Assembly (NCBI GenBank): GCA_030390025.1
Contig: CM059432.1
Location: forward strand, 153,638,001-153,702,000
DNA from: Squalus acanthias
Lineage: Eukaryota
Length of the DNA stretch: 64,000 nt
Reading direction: 5' to 3'
Below, piece by piece: positions 1 through 11,193 of this stretch; the stretch's first letter is position 1; the number at the start of each line of letters is the position of its first letter. The position numbers and the translations under genes were made by a program. The notes beneath the pieces are model-generated. The model made no database searches. It saw nothing but the letters and a program-made list of their open reading frames with translations, and was not told where the DNA came from.

Positions 1-944
1 AAATTTAAACCCTCCCTTCCCACAACAACACTATGTGCCAGGAACACTCCTAGCAACCAGCATTGCTACGACACAAACCACAGGAAATAACTGTATGACA
101 TATTATTGTCGATTGCAATTGATTAAAATATACCCACCCATATATTGGATGCCTGCCATCACTTCCAGCAGGAAATTCCAAAAGTGGCAGGAATGCTGGA
201 GAGCTTGCTGAACAGCTGGGTGCCCACTGGACCGTGGAGCGTGTAAGAAATTGTGGATTGAAAGAAATAATAGTCTGTTACGGGTGTCTCTTACAGGCGT
301 CAGAATAATGCCAGAGTAAAATCTGCTCCTCAATACAGAGATATATAGAAGAGGTGTGGAAATGACTACGGCTAACAGCGGTGCTTGACCCCTCTGCACT
401 GTTAATGAGTAACCTGAGGGAACAGATCTAGAAAAAGGTAATTATTCTGGAAAAAAAATCTCTTTTGAGTTTGGAAGAGAACATAAGAAAGCATAGAAGG
501 AGAAATAGATATTTGTAATCAAGTCTGTTCCCTTTATCGTCCACGTGCAATCTGCTATGTCACTGGATCTTTCAAACTTACTTCAACTCCCAAAGACCAG
601 TGCAGAAAAGTTTCTCAATACTTGGTTAAATTGAGAACATCTACATCATTTATTACTGACCAGTTTGCTTTACTTAATATGCCACTTCCATGGTCCCAAA
701 AGCTCAGGAGCCATCACATCCCATAAAACACTTGATCATCTCTGCAATAATTGTATTTACCCATAGAAGTCTTAATCCCATTTATCAGCAGTTATTTATG
801 TAGCTTTAATCCCAAAGTGGTGACTGCTGTCGCATCAGTGTCTGGATAAGAGATTTGTATCAATGGAGGCGAAGAACATGGTGACACTTGACTAACTGAG
901 CATTGGGCAGTTACACTACCTCAGTACTCCCTTCTTGTGTTTGA

Positions 945-1850
945 AACTGAGACGCAGGTTAATAAGGCCATAAAAAAAGCAAATCAAGCACTACAGTTTA
1001 TTTCTAAAGGGATAGAATTGAAAAGTAGAGAAGTTATGCTAAACTTGTATCAAACCTTGGTTAGGCCAACTTGGTAGCACTTGTGTACCATTCTGGTTGC
1101 CATATTATAAAAAGGATATACAGGCACTGGTGAAGGTGCAAAAAAGGTTTACAAGAATGATACCAGAAATGAGAGGTTATACCTATCAGGAAAGGATGAA
1201 CAGGCTGGGTCTCTCTTCTCTTGAAATGAGAAAGCTGAGGGTTAACCTAATAGAGGTAATTATAATTATGTAAGGTTTTGATAGAGTAGACACAGAGAGT
1301 GTTTCCACTTGTGGGGAAGAGCAAAACTAGAGGCCATCAATATAAGATAGTCACCAAGAAATCAAATAGGGAATTCAGAAGAAACTTCGTTACCCAGAGA
1401 GTGGTGAGAATATGGAACTCGCTACCACAGGGAGTGGTTGGGGTGAATAGTATAGATGCATTTAAGGGTAAAAAAGAAAGACTTGCATTTATATAGCGCC
1501 TTTCACAACCACCGGACGTCTCAAAGCGCTTTACAGCCAATGAAGTACTTTTTGAAGTGGAGTCACTGTTGTAATGTGGGAAACGCGGCAGCCAATTTGC
1601 GCACAGCAAGCTCCCACAAACAGCAATGTGATAATGACCAGATAATCTGTTTTTTTTTGTTATGTTGGTTGAGGAATAAATATTGGCCAGGAAGCTAGAT
1701 AAGCACATGAGGGAGAAGGGAATAGAGGGTTATGGTGATAGAGTTAGATGAGGAAGGATGGGAGGAGGCTCGACTGGAGCATAAACGCCAGCATGGACTG
1801 GTTGGGCCGAGTGGCCTGTTTAGGTGCTGTATATTGTATGTAATTCTATG
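945..1850 (+). mobile_element. CR1 LINE 3' fragment, interrupted by a SINE tail
   Basis: Degenerate ORF2 C-terminus (FPLVGKSKTRGH...NFVTQRVVRIWNSLP) followed by a CR1 3' UTR. Confidence 0.85.
1472..1692 (-). mobile_element. 3' part of Deu-type SINE inserted in CR1
   Basis: Tail cttgcatttatatagcgcc and body shared with the SINE copies at 16165-16556 and 48176-48552. Confidence 0.75.
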
Positions 1851-3297
1851 AAGTCTTAGGAGTCTTTACTTGTTGGGGCTTCCATGAAAACGCTGACAGA
1901 ATTGGTAAACTACAAATTCAGGAATACACAGGGAAACACCAATGTGATCTCAGAAACAGGTGAGCCTCCCTCCGGCCGATGCATATCTTAAACACAGAAA
2001 CTGACATAATTTGAATTTTTGTTTTAGGATGAAGTTGAAAAAGCTTAAGGACTAAATCGCAGCCCACGGGCTGAAAATGCTAGTTGTATGCTGAGCAGAA
2101 GGCTCATCTCCCTTAAAAGGAGCAAGAGTAAGCAACTGATGCCAAGAGTGGAAGAACTGAAGATGGCCACATGAGGGACATTAAAAGGGGAAGTCGTGTG
2201 GTAGCAGCCAAAAACATTCTTGAAAAAGGCAGACATCCCTGTGATTTTCCAATTGGAGTTTTTTTATCCTGTCCACATGGAAGATAATAAATGAAAAGAT
2301 CTTCATTTCATGACGGATAATTTGCAGCTCAAGTTATATTACAGATATCAACTACGGATCTTGGAGCTCAATTTAGCCATACAATTTACCCGCTTCATTC
2401 TAATTTTCTTCCATGTTTACTTAACCACTGTAATTAAAGGGTACACAATTTGGTAAAAACCTTGATGCAACTGTGGTCAAAGTTGAGTCACGCTAAGTCT
2501 TACAAATGTTCAAAGGCATCCATGTTCTAACAAACACGTCTAAATTGTCATCATAAATGTTTCAATCAAGAGCATATGCAGAGAAAAACAAGTTAGAATA
2601 TGATAATAGAAACCTTCAAATTAGATGTGTATTTTGCTGTAAAGTATCAGCAGATCATTCAGGCAGACCAGCCTGGTCCTGAGTAGCTATATCTTTTAAT
2701 GGTCTAGCACATATGTATCTACACAGCTCTTAAGCATGCTGGCATCATCTATAAAATGTTTAACTTTGTAACTGATGCTTGTGCCATTTGTAGCCAACAC
2801 GTGACATTTGGATGAGAAAAAGCATGGGATCGATTTTTGTCTTCACCACCTGGGCAGTGATCTGGTGGAGTGGGTCACCTGCCTGCTGTAGGATTCGCTC
2901 AGTTTTCATCCCATCGAAAACAATGGAATGGAAATCGGGCGGGTTCTATAATGGGTTTGGTGATTCACTCTGCATGATTACCATCCCCACATCTCTGAGC
3001 CCATTATTCCAAGTCCTGAATGGTGGATGTAGGTAAGTGACCTTTACAGAGTTAACATAGGGATCTACAGTGCAGGTTAGGCACCATTATAGGTTGTGTT
3101 CGGGTGATCTGTAAAGACAAAGGGCAGTCTGAATAGCGACAAAAAGAAAAGGTCTGTGGAAGAAGTTTCAAAAACATTTGGATATTTAAAGCAAAAAGAG
3201 AAACTCATATTAGATATTCTGGTTTACTTCACAGGTGGTCAGTAAAAAAAAAATGAACAATATAAATATGGAGTCATGAGCCTGTTACAACACGGAT

Positions 3298-3337
3298 AAG
3301 TCATCCTCGGTTCCGAGGGACTGCCTAAGAAGAAGAG
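3298..3337 (+). mobile_element. Extremely 5'-truncated RTE-like LINE end (40 bp) with 11-bp TSD
   Basis: Direct repeat ACAACACGGAT at 3287-3297 and 3338-3348 flanks a stem-loop (cctcgg-tt-ccgagg) and an (AAG)n tail. The RTE assignment is from recall. Confidence 0.7.
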
Positions 3338-3670
3338 ACAACACGGATGCTGAATGACCTGCTGAGTGCTTCCGGCAATTTTTGTTCGATTGATAATTTG
3401 AAAAAGTTGATGGTCATACTTAAGGTTGTACCTTTAAAACACTGCTGGAAAGCACTGTAGAGATCACATATCTCATGCCACCTTTGACTTTTACCAGTTT
3501 CTCATGTTACCATAAAGTGAACCTCCCCCCCCCCACCCCACCCCCCCCCGCCATCTTAACAGCATAAAGGCATTTAAGTTGTTTGTCAAAAAGTTTAAGA
3601 TCCTGATTTTTTTTAACGACTACTTTAAAAGAATTTCTTCCGCAAAGTAGTTAAGGAATAAACGACTGAC

Positions 3671-3766
3671 CTGGTAAGGAACAATACTCTCATGCGCAGT
3701 CCCCCACCGTTTTGCTTCTTTTCCGTCAGTGAGATAATTTGCTGCGATGTGGGTCAGGCAAGCAAC
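3671..3766 (-). CDS. SUGCT: SUGCT next downstream coding exon (96 nt, phase 0/0)
   Basis: The minus strand reads tttgtttcgatcag|GTTGCTTGC...CCTTACCAG|gtcagt. It translates as [32 protein letters not shown], which directly follows ...LLSSQ in SUGCT. The intron between the two exons is about 19.6 kb. Confidence 0.95.
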
Positions 3767-5009
3767 CTGATCGAAACAAAGGAAGTGACAAGCATCAGCA
3801 AAAAGAATTTTTTTTTAAAATCCTGTATTTATTCTTTAAAACTACTTTCTAATCACTTATTACATTGTCTTGGCTTCAAACTGAAAAGAAAAATATTTTA
3901 ATAAGTTTATCATAGGGTCAATTATTTCATCTGGTTACCGAGGGATTAATGAAAGGGCTCAAATAATCAGAGAAAATTAAAGAGGGAAGTTAGAAAAACT
4001 AACTTAATAGAGGATGGTTAGAATGTGGAATTCTCTGCCACAAACCATTGTTGAAGCCAAGCCCATAAGTACTCTCAAAAAGGGAATTAGATAATTGCTT
4101 GAAAAATACAGTATTAAAGAGGGTGGGTGCGAGCAGGAGAGTGGGATTAGGCTAGGCGGCTTCGGTTAGAGAAAAAGACTTGATGAGCCAAATGCAGGAA
4201 CATCGTATAATTCTATGATTTCTATTGGAGAATTTAGGTAGATATAATTTTAATGTAGGACCCAGCCAAGTGGAAAACTGTAATGCGTAACCTGCTGCAT
4301 TTAACATGAACTCACCACCAAAAAACTAAACAGAAACTGAAAGCAGGTAAAACAATGAATGTTCCTTGTTTAGGAATCAAATTATCTCTGCAGCTTCATT
4401 TGGGATTAAGTTCAATGGTTTATAAATTGCGGGGGGGGAAGAATTGCTAAATCAGAAAATGAAAAAAATTCAGTTTCAAACTGATAAAAAAAAGCTTCTG
4501 CACCATGGAAACCAAAAAAATAACCACAATTTCACATCAATAAAGTGTAATTATTCAGTACGTTAAACCTTAAAATAAACTTCAACATCAAGAATATACC
4601 CACTTTCTAGTCAGAGGGTCAGAGCTTTGTGTTCCTGTGCATTGGGCTGTGGGCTCGGGCAGTGAGGATGGAAGAGGGCTCTGTTAGAGGTGTGCATTGT
4701 TCACCCCAAATCCCTCCCCCGCCTACCCCATCCCTCCGATTTTCCTGTATTCATTGTACACAGGCGATCAGGAGACCCAGGAGTAGAAAATCTACACCTC
4801 ACCATCCAAACTTGTTTCTGAATTTTAACCATTATGTACTTGGAGCTGAAACAGCTATTAATACCAATTTGAAGTACGATTTCACTTTAAGATATAGAAA
4901 GACAACTTTACAAGCAATTAACTTTGAAATTCCACTGTACAGCTAAATGCTGTGCCATTCTCATTCCAACCAAACTTTAGAACCAAACTTTAGTTTCAAT
5001 GCACTCTGT

Positions 5010-6200
5010 GGGCGCGATCTTGCCAGCCCTGGGGAGGCGGGTATGGAGGCGGGACTGCCGGGAAAATGGCAGAATCTGGGGGCAGGTGCCCATCCCACCC
5101 CCAACCTGCCTCTGTGCCATCTTCCCAGGAGGCGGGTAGCCAACCCGCGCCGGGTCCCGTCTCCTTGGAGGCGGGAAGGGGATTACAGCCACTTAACTGC
5201 CTGTTAACAGGTAGTTAACAGGCAGATAAGAGGATTATCCCCATTTTGCCCACACAAGTGTAGGCTTCCCGAAGGCTGCGAACCTCGCCAGGGTCACCGA
5301 GGCGAGCAGTGGGTCTGCGGGGGTCGGAGGGGTGCAAAAGTGCGCTGTGAAGGCAAGTGATAGGTGCAAGTGTGGAGAGGTGAGTATGTGAGGTAATTGG
5401 AAAGTGTTAGAAAAAGTTTACTTACCTTTGTTTCTTCCTGCAGGCTTCAATTGTTGGGTATGCGGAGAGTCTGGCACCTCCGCGGCAGAGATGACAGATG
5501 GCCGCTGCATTCTCCAATCCTGACCATTGTCTCCGGGGAAACTTCCATTCCCAGGTGCAAAGGTTCAGAAAAAGGGGGTGCAGGCCCATTACATCGGGTC
5601 TCTGTGCCCTACATTTCTGGAGCTTCTCTTGAGGGGTGGAGCTGGGCCTTCACCTGCAATAGATACAGGATTAGAGTCTACTTGTTGTTGAGGCAGGAGG
5701 AGGTGTTCACAGCTTCTCACCTCAATTCCCTCTAATAGCAGCCCAGGGGCACCCAGACGCAGGACAGAGTGTCTGAAGGAGTTTGCAGTAAGCCAGAGAG
5801 GACCCGAAAGATTGGTGGATTTTTGTTATGCTCACTCACCAGTTCTTTTGGCATTGGGGCCTTCGAGTTGCTTCTCTGCAGCAGCAGTCAGAAGGCCCCA
5901 AGGCCACCAGCTATGCGGCTGCACTTCTTTTTCCTCCCCCATCTGCCAGAACAGCCTTGCACCAGGAATACAAACAGGTCAAATTAATGGCTTAGTACAA
6001 TAAACTTGGCCACAGCTTGGCCTGAACAGGCCCAGCATATTACAGGCACACTGCTGCTGTCCAGCGTCGGTGCAGAAGAAGGCAAGGAAAACTGTCCTCG
6101 CAGTGTATTTGCACCATTATTGCTAGAAGCTGGGTGAAACGGAATGAGGAAAATACAGACCTCAAATGAAGACCTTAAGTGTTGCATTGTCAATGGAGGT
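5010..6200. mobile_element. Harbinger-type element, left arm plus extended internal sequence; right end not found
   Basis: 5010-5518 aligns by eye with the left parts of 27346-28177 and 62802-63596 (start GGGCGCGATCTT). It then diverges into sequence absent from those copies. The right boundary is uncertain. Confidence 0.65.
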
Positions 6201-6868
6201 AACTCTACAGAGAAACAAAGGAACAGGAGGAGGCCATTCAGCCCCGAAGCCTGTTCAGTCATTCAATCAGATCATGGCTGTTCTGTACCTCAACTCCATT
6301 TACCCACCTTTGATCCATATACCTCGATACCCTTACCTAAAAAATATCTGTCGATCTTAGTCTTGAAAATTTCCATTGGCCCAGCATCCACAGCCTTTTA
6401 GGGGAGAGTTTCAGATTCCCACTACCCTTTGTGTGAAAGTGTTTCCTGATATCACTCCTGAATAACCTAGCTCTAGTGTTCTCTGTAAGGTGCACGGCCT
6501 GTGCTGCTGCACACTGCTCCAGGGAACCCGCGCAGCCGGCTTGCCGGCATTTCAATGTAAAAATCGCACATGCGCAGTATTTTGAAATTGAGATTAAGAT
6601 TGTGCCCCCTTGTTCTGAATTTCCCCCACCAGAGGAAGTAGTGGCCCCGATATTAATCTGAAGGCGGTTTCTGAGCCAGGGCCGGGGGGTGCGTTGGAAT
6701 TGGGTGGGAGAATCCCGGAAGTCAACTCAGTGGGTCTGAATCAGCGATCGCAACTCAACTGAACCAATTAATTTTGACTTCTGGGTTTTGCATCTCCAAG
6801 CTGCACAGCGGGCGTGATGCGCACCCACATGACACAATCTCAGCTGTACTTAAAGGGACAGTGCAGCG

Positions 6869-8150
6869 ATGAAAATTGGAGGTGTTCAGGATAGACGGTG
6901 GGCACAGAGCAAGGCCCGCACCCAGATTTAATGACGCCTCACTGGAATTACTGCTGGGTGCAGTCAGGAGGAGGAGGGACATACTTTTCCCCAGCAATGG
7001 GAGGGAGAAACCTGTGGCTCTCACCAAGAAGGCATGGTTGGAGGTAGCTGAGGAGCAGGAGCGCAGGACATTGTACCCAGGTCTTGGATGCAATGTAGGA
7101 AGCGATTTAATGACCTAACCAGGTCAGGAAAAGTGAGTACATTTGCTGATTCACCTACGTCCTGTGCTTTAAGCCCCCTCCCCCTCCCGTCACTCTGTCT
7201 TGCTAAGTGTTCTCCATCACATCGCTCCTCACACCCACTCAACTTTCAGCAGCATCCAGCCTTCACTTTCTATGCACTTCATCACCTCCCCATTTATCCA
7301 TCCACCATTGACACTCACCCCAATCCTTATGCAATGTGGTGCATCTGTCTCATAGTCACCTTTATTGAATGCACTGCATCCATCGGGTGAATACCTGAAC
7401 TTCACTCACTCATAGGTCTGTTTTTTCACCCCTTCTGGGAGAGAGCACAAAACGCAAGGGAGAGGACTGGAGGTGGGCTGCCACAAATAGTCCACCTAAC
7501 AGATGCAGAGGAGGAGGCCCTGAAGATAAGTGGCACATCCGCATCGCTCTCAGCCAGAGATGGAGAGACAGGGAGCTTGCAGATAGCTGGTGACAGAATT
7601 ACAAATATCTCTGACATAAGCTGATTTTATTTCATCAATGACTGAACTATAAGAAGACTGAGTATAGTGATTGTTAAGATTGTGACTTTGCCACGACTAA
7701 ATCATATCGCTTTCTTTTGTCTTCCAGGGCCTTCACGTGCACAGCAGTTTGTCCACAGACAGTTAGTTGGGTTTTCACCTGGTGAGTCACACCTCACAAG
7801 TGACCACGAGCAGACACTAGTGGCAAGGACAGCTGTGGAGAGTCCACATCGGGGAGGGGGCCCAATTCTCTCCAAGCTCTACTCAGCTAGGCACAGATGC
7901 TGAACCCCAGAGGCTATCGTTGAGAAGGAGAATGCTAGAGGTGCATCAGCAACTTAGCCAGGTATTGACAGACGTGCCACGCACACTCTCTACAATAGAG
8001 GAAAGGATGGAGGAGTCCAACTCGTTCGCTAGTGGATTGGTGGCACAGGGAGTTGTGAGAATGTCTGCCATAGAGATAGTGGCCGCCTCCAAGGAGCTTC
8101 AAGCATGGCTCTCAAATGAGTGCATGCAGGCTATGACCACGGCCGTGCAG
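6869..8150 (+). pseudogene. Harbinger Myb/SANT-like DNA-binding partner (NAIF1/MSANTD-like), 3 exons: about 6869-7132, 7438-7589, 7728-8150
   Basis: RPAPRFNDASLELLLGAV...KKAWLEVAEE and QCRKRFNDLTRSGK|gtgagt. Exon 2 contains GGGLPQIVHLTDAEEEAL. Acceptor ttttgtcttccag at 7727. Frameshifts are present. Confidence 0.8.
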
Positions 8151-9053
8151 GCACCCTGTACCTGTGTGACTCCAGCAAGAGAAGCGAATCCGAGTGCCCA
8201 CTCATTCTGGCTATTGTTATCACAGGGGAAGTTTACATAACTCCCAGCCCTGGCAAACAATTCATCAGTCACCTGCCTTATGTAGTTATGTGCAGTGGAC
8301 TGTGAGACCCTCGAAATGTCTCCGGTATTGCTCTGGAAGGAATGAGCGGCAAAAAAATTGAAGGCGCTGGTCACTTTCACAGCCACTGGTAATATGTGGC
8401 CGCCAGGTCCAGCAGGTAGCAAGTCTTCTTCTAGGAGGCTGTAGATATCTGCCACTACCTGACGTGACAACCTCAGCCTGCGGAAGCATTGCTTTTCCGA
8501 GAGGTCAAGGAAGCTGAGCCTCTGTCTGTAAACCCTGACATGGGTAGTGCCTCCTGCAACCTCGGCCCTTCTCCTGTGCATTTCCCTCCTGTACACCTCT
8601 CTCCTGTACACCTCTCTCCTGTACACCTCCCTCCTGTACACCTCCCTCCTGTACACCTCCCTCCTGTACACCTCCCTCCTGTACACCTCTCTCCTGTACA
8701 CCTCCCTCCTGTACACCTCCCTCCTGTACACCTCTCTCCTGTACACCTCCCTCCTGTACACCTCCCTCCTGTACACCTCTATCCTGTACACCTCTCTCCT
8801 GTACACCTCTCTCCTGTACACCTCCCTCCTTTACAACTCTCTCCTGTACACCTCCCTCCTGTACACCTCCCTCCTGTGCATCTCCCTCCTGTGCACCTCT
8901 CTCCTGTACACCTCCCTCCTGTACACCTCCCTCCTGTACACCTCCCTCCTGTACACCTCCCTCCTGTGCACGTGCTGATCCCACCACAGCACATGGTCGC
9001 TGCTGTGGATGGTGATGGTCTTCCTCTTCTGATGTGTTGTCAAACACATCCAA
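8150..9053 (-). pseudogene. Harbinger (HARBI1-like) transposase N-terminal half, truncated before the DDE core
   Basis: RVYRQRLSFLDLSEKQCFRRLRLSRQVVADI...VAVKVTSAFNFFA...QVQGA. There is a frameshift near 8545. Confidence 0.85.
8571..8970. repeat. 15-bp minisatellite (ctcctgtacacctc[c/t]), about 26 units
   Basis: Directly visible. It reads ([10 protein letters not shown])n on the minus strand in the frame of the ATG at 9053. Confidence 0.97.
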
Positions 9054-10109
9054 CGCACCTCTCGTCCTGTTCGTGTCAGTTTGAAAGACTCCAAAGTTTA
9101 GAAAAAGCTGTATTCACACAAGAATTCTCTGCCAAACGTTTGCCAGTGGGAACTGAGACACCAGCTGCAGTAAGTGAGTTTTTATTCAGCTGGGGCAGTG
9201 ACAAGTTTAAATACCCACCTGAACTGCAGCTCAATCTCGCCTCCATTTCACTGGTCACTTTCCTGAGCCCCAGGAAACCCGTACTGGAGATGTTAAATTT
9301 AAACCTAAGTTATATTCAATTTTAAAACACCTCATTAACGTCTCCTAAGGACATTAGTTACGCCAATAACTATCCACCTGCCTGCACTAAATAAATCCCG
9401 ACTTCGCCGAGTAGGTTACTTGCACACATCCATCGCGCCTCCATAAGGCGCATTGGAGCCGGGTTGCAATCGCGATTGAAAAATCAATTCTTTTAACTCC
9501 TCACCTAATCTTGGGGTTTAAAACTCCACCCCCACCCCCAGTTTCTCTGTATCTACCTCATCGAATCCCTTTATCATTTTAAAGATCTTGATTAGATCAT
9601 CCCTTAACCTTCTAAACTCAAGGAAATACAAGCCAAGTTTATGCAACCTGTCCTCATAATTTAACCCTTTCAGTCCCGGTATCATTCTGGTGAATCTGCA
9701 CTGCACCCCCTTCCGAGGCCAATATATATTTCCTGAGGTTTGGTGCCAAAACTGAATGCAGTACTCCAGATGAGGGTCTGACCAAGGCTCTGTACAACTT
9801 CCTCTCTTTTTTATTCCAATCCCCTTGAGATAAATGCCAACATTCCTTTGGCCTTTTTGTTACATTTTATACCTGTACACCAGCTTTTGGTGATTTGTAT
9901 ACATGGACACCTAAATCCCTTTGCTCCTCCATAGTTCCTAGATTCTTGGCATTAAGAAAATATTCTGATCTGTTTTTCTTAGATCCAAACTGGATGACCT
10001 CACACTATCCCACATTGAATTCCATCTGCCATTGTTTTGCCCTCTGACTTACTCTGTCTATGTCACTTTCCTGCTCCCAGCTACAAAACTTACTATGGCA
10101 CCAAACTTA

Positions 10110-11193
10110 GGCGTGGAGTTTCTGCTATGGGTGCAATCGGCAAAATGTGCTCAGAATGCGCTGGACACTACGGCAGCTTTGCTGAGGTGAAGTTACGCTC
10201 AAGTTTCCGTTCAAACTCATTAGCAGAAACCCAAAAGTAAAATCGCCCATGAATCACAGCAATCAATACGTGACTGGAACAGGGTATTCCCCAACATCAC
10301 AGTGGGATTGCCAAGAAATGAGCCATTCTTCAACTGACTGATTTAATGCTCTTACTTTTTAATTGGCTTCAATTGACTGTTTTGATCTGTCCTTGATATA
10401 CAAGACCTGTGACCAACAGTCAATTGAAGCCACACAGGTGTGTTCTGCTCTGCTGTAATTGACTGAATTTAAAGTAATTACAGCAGCAGCAGGAGTGTCA
10501 GGCTTCAATTAACTGCTGGTCATTGCATTGGGGGTACAGTAGCATTGTGGTTATATTACTAGACTATTAATCCGGAAGATCTGGAAGACGTGTAGTTCTA
10601 AATCCCACCACGGCAGCTGGAGAATTTAAATTCAATTAAATAAATAAATCTGGAATGAAAAGCTAGTATCAGTAATGGTGACCATAAAAACCCATCTGGT
10701 TCACTAATGCTCTTTAGGGAAGGAAATCCGTCGTCCTTACTTGGTCTGGCCTATATGTGACTCCAGACCCACAGCAATGTGGTTGACGTTTAAATTGCCT
10801 AGCAAGCCACTCAGTTGTAATAAACTGCTACAAAGACTGCAGCAGTTCAAGAAGGCAGCTCACCACCACCTTCTCAAGGATGGGCAATAACTGCTGGCCT
10901 TGCCACATGCCATGAACAATTTAAAAAGAAAGGTACAGGTGTGATTAACACTGGATTAATGTGACCGCAGGTGCCTGTGCGCAATCATTGGAAACTCGGC
11001 ATGCCGTCGTAGGGGCAGAGCCAGTTTTGTGGGCGGAGACTGGGGACTTTTGAACCAGTGTAAAGCATCACGGATAATCGGGCGTAAAGTAGTTAAGGGC
11101 ACAACTCACTTACATTTAAAGTTCTGCAATCCTTAATGCTATTTCGTTCGATTCCGCCCAGATTACACTGAAATCATGCAGAAACTCCAGGCC
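10110..11193. mobile_element. Non-autonomous Harbinger-type element, TSD TTA
   Basis: TIRs GGCGTGGAGTTTCTGC / GCAGAAACTCCAGGCC (15/16 match) with TTA on both sides. It is inserted in CR1. Confidence 0.85.
10531..10928 (+). mobile_element. tRNA-derived SINE (second family), nested in the Harbinger-type element
   Basis: Same body as 28260-28625 (cactaatg..tttagggaaggaaa...gtgactccagacccacagc) and the same LINE-like tail caccaccaccttctcaagg...gggcaataa. Confidence 0.7.

Larger units (their letters stand above)
6642..9538. mobile_element. PIF/Harbinger transposon (internally deleted, two convergent genes)
   Basis: It interrupts the CR1 sequence gaagtag|tttctctg. It has imperfect GC-rich termini, a Myb/SANT gene on + and a transposase on -. 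Confidence 0.85.

Noticed and set aside
6476..6592. About 115-bp insert in CR1 starting agtgttctctgtaag (hAT-like end)
   Set aside because: Only one plausible terminus and no TSD, so it cannot be classified.
8489..9325. Long ORFs rich in PVHLP, LYTSL, CTGGR and RREVY
   Set aside because: They are alternative readings of a stop-free 15-bp minisatellite, not genes.
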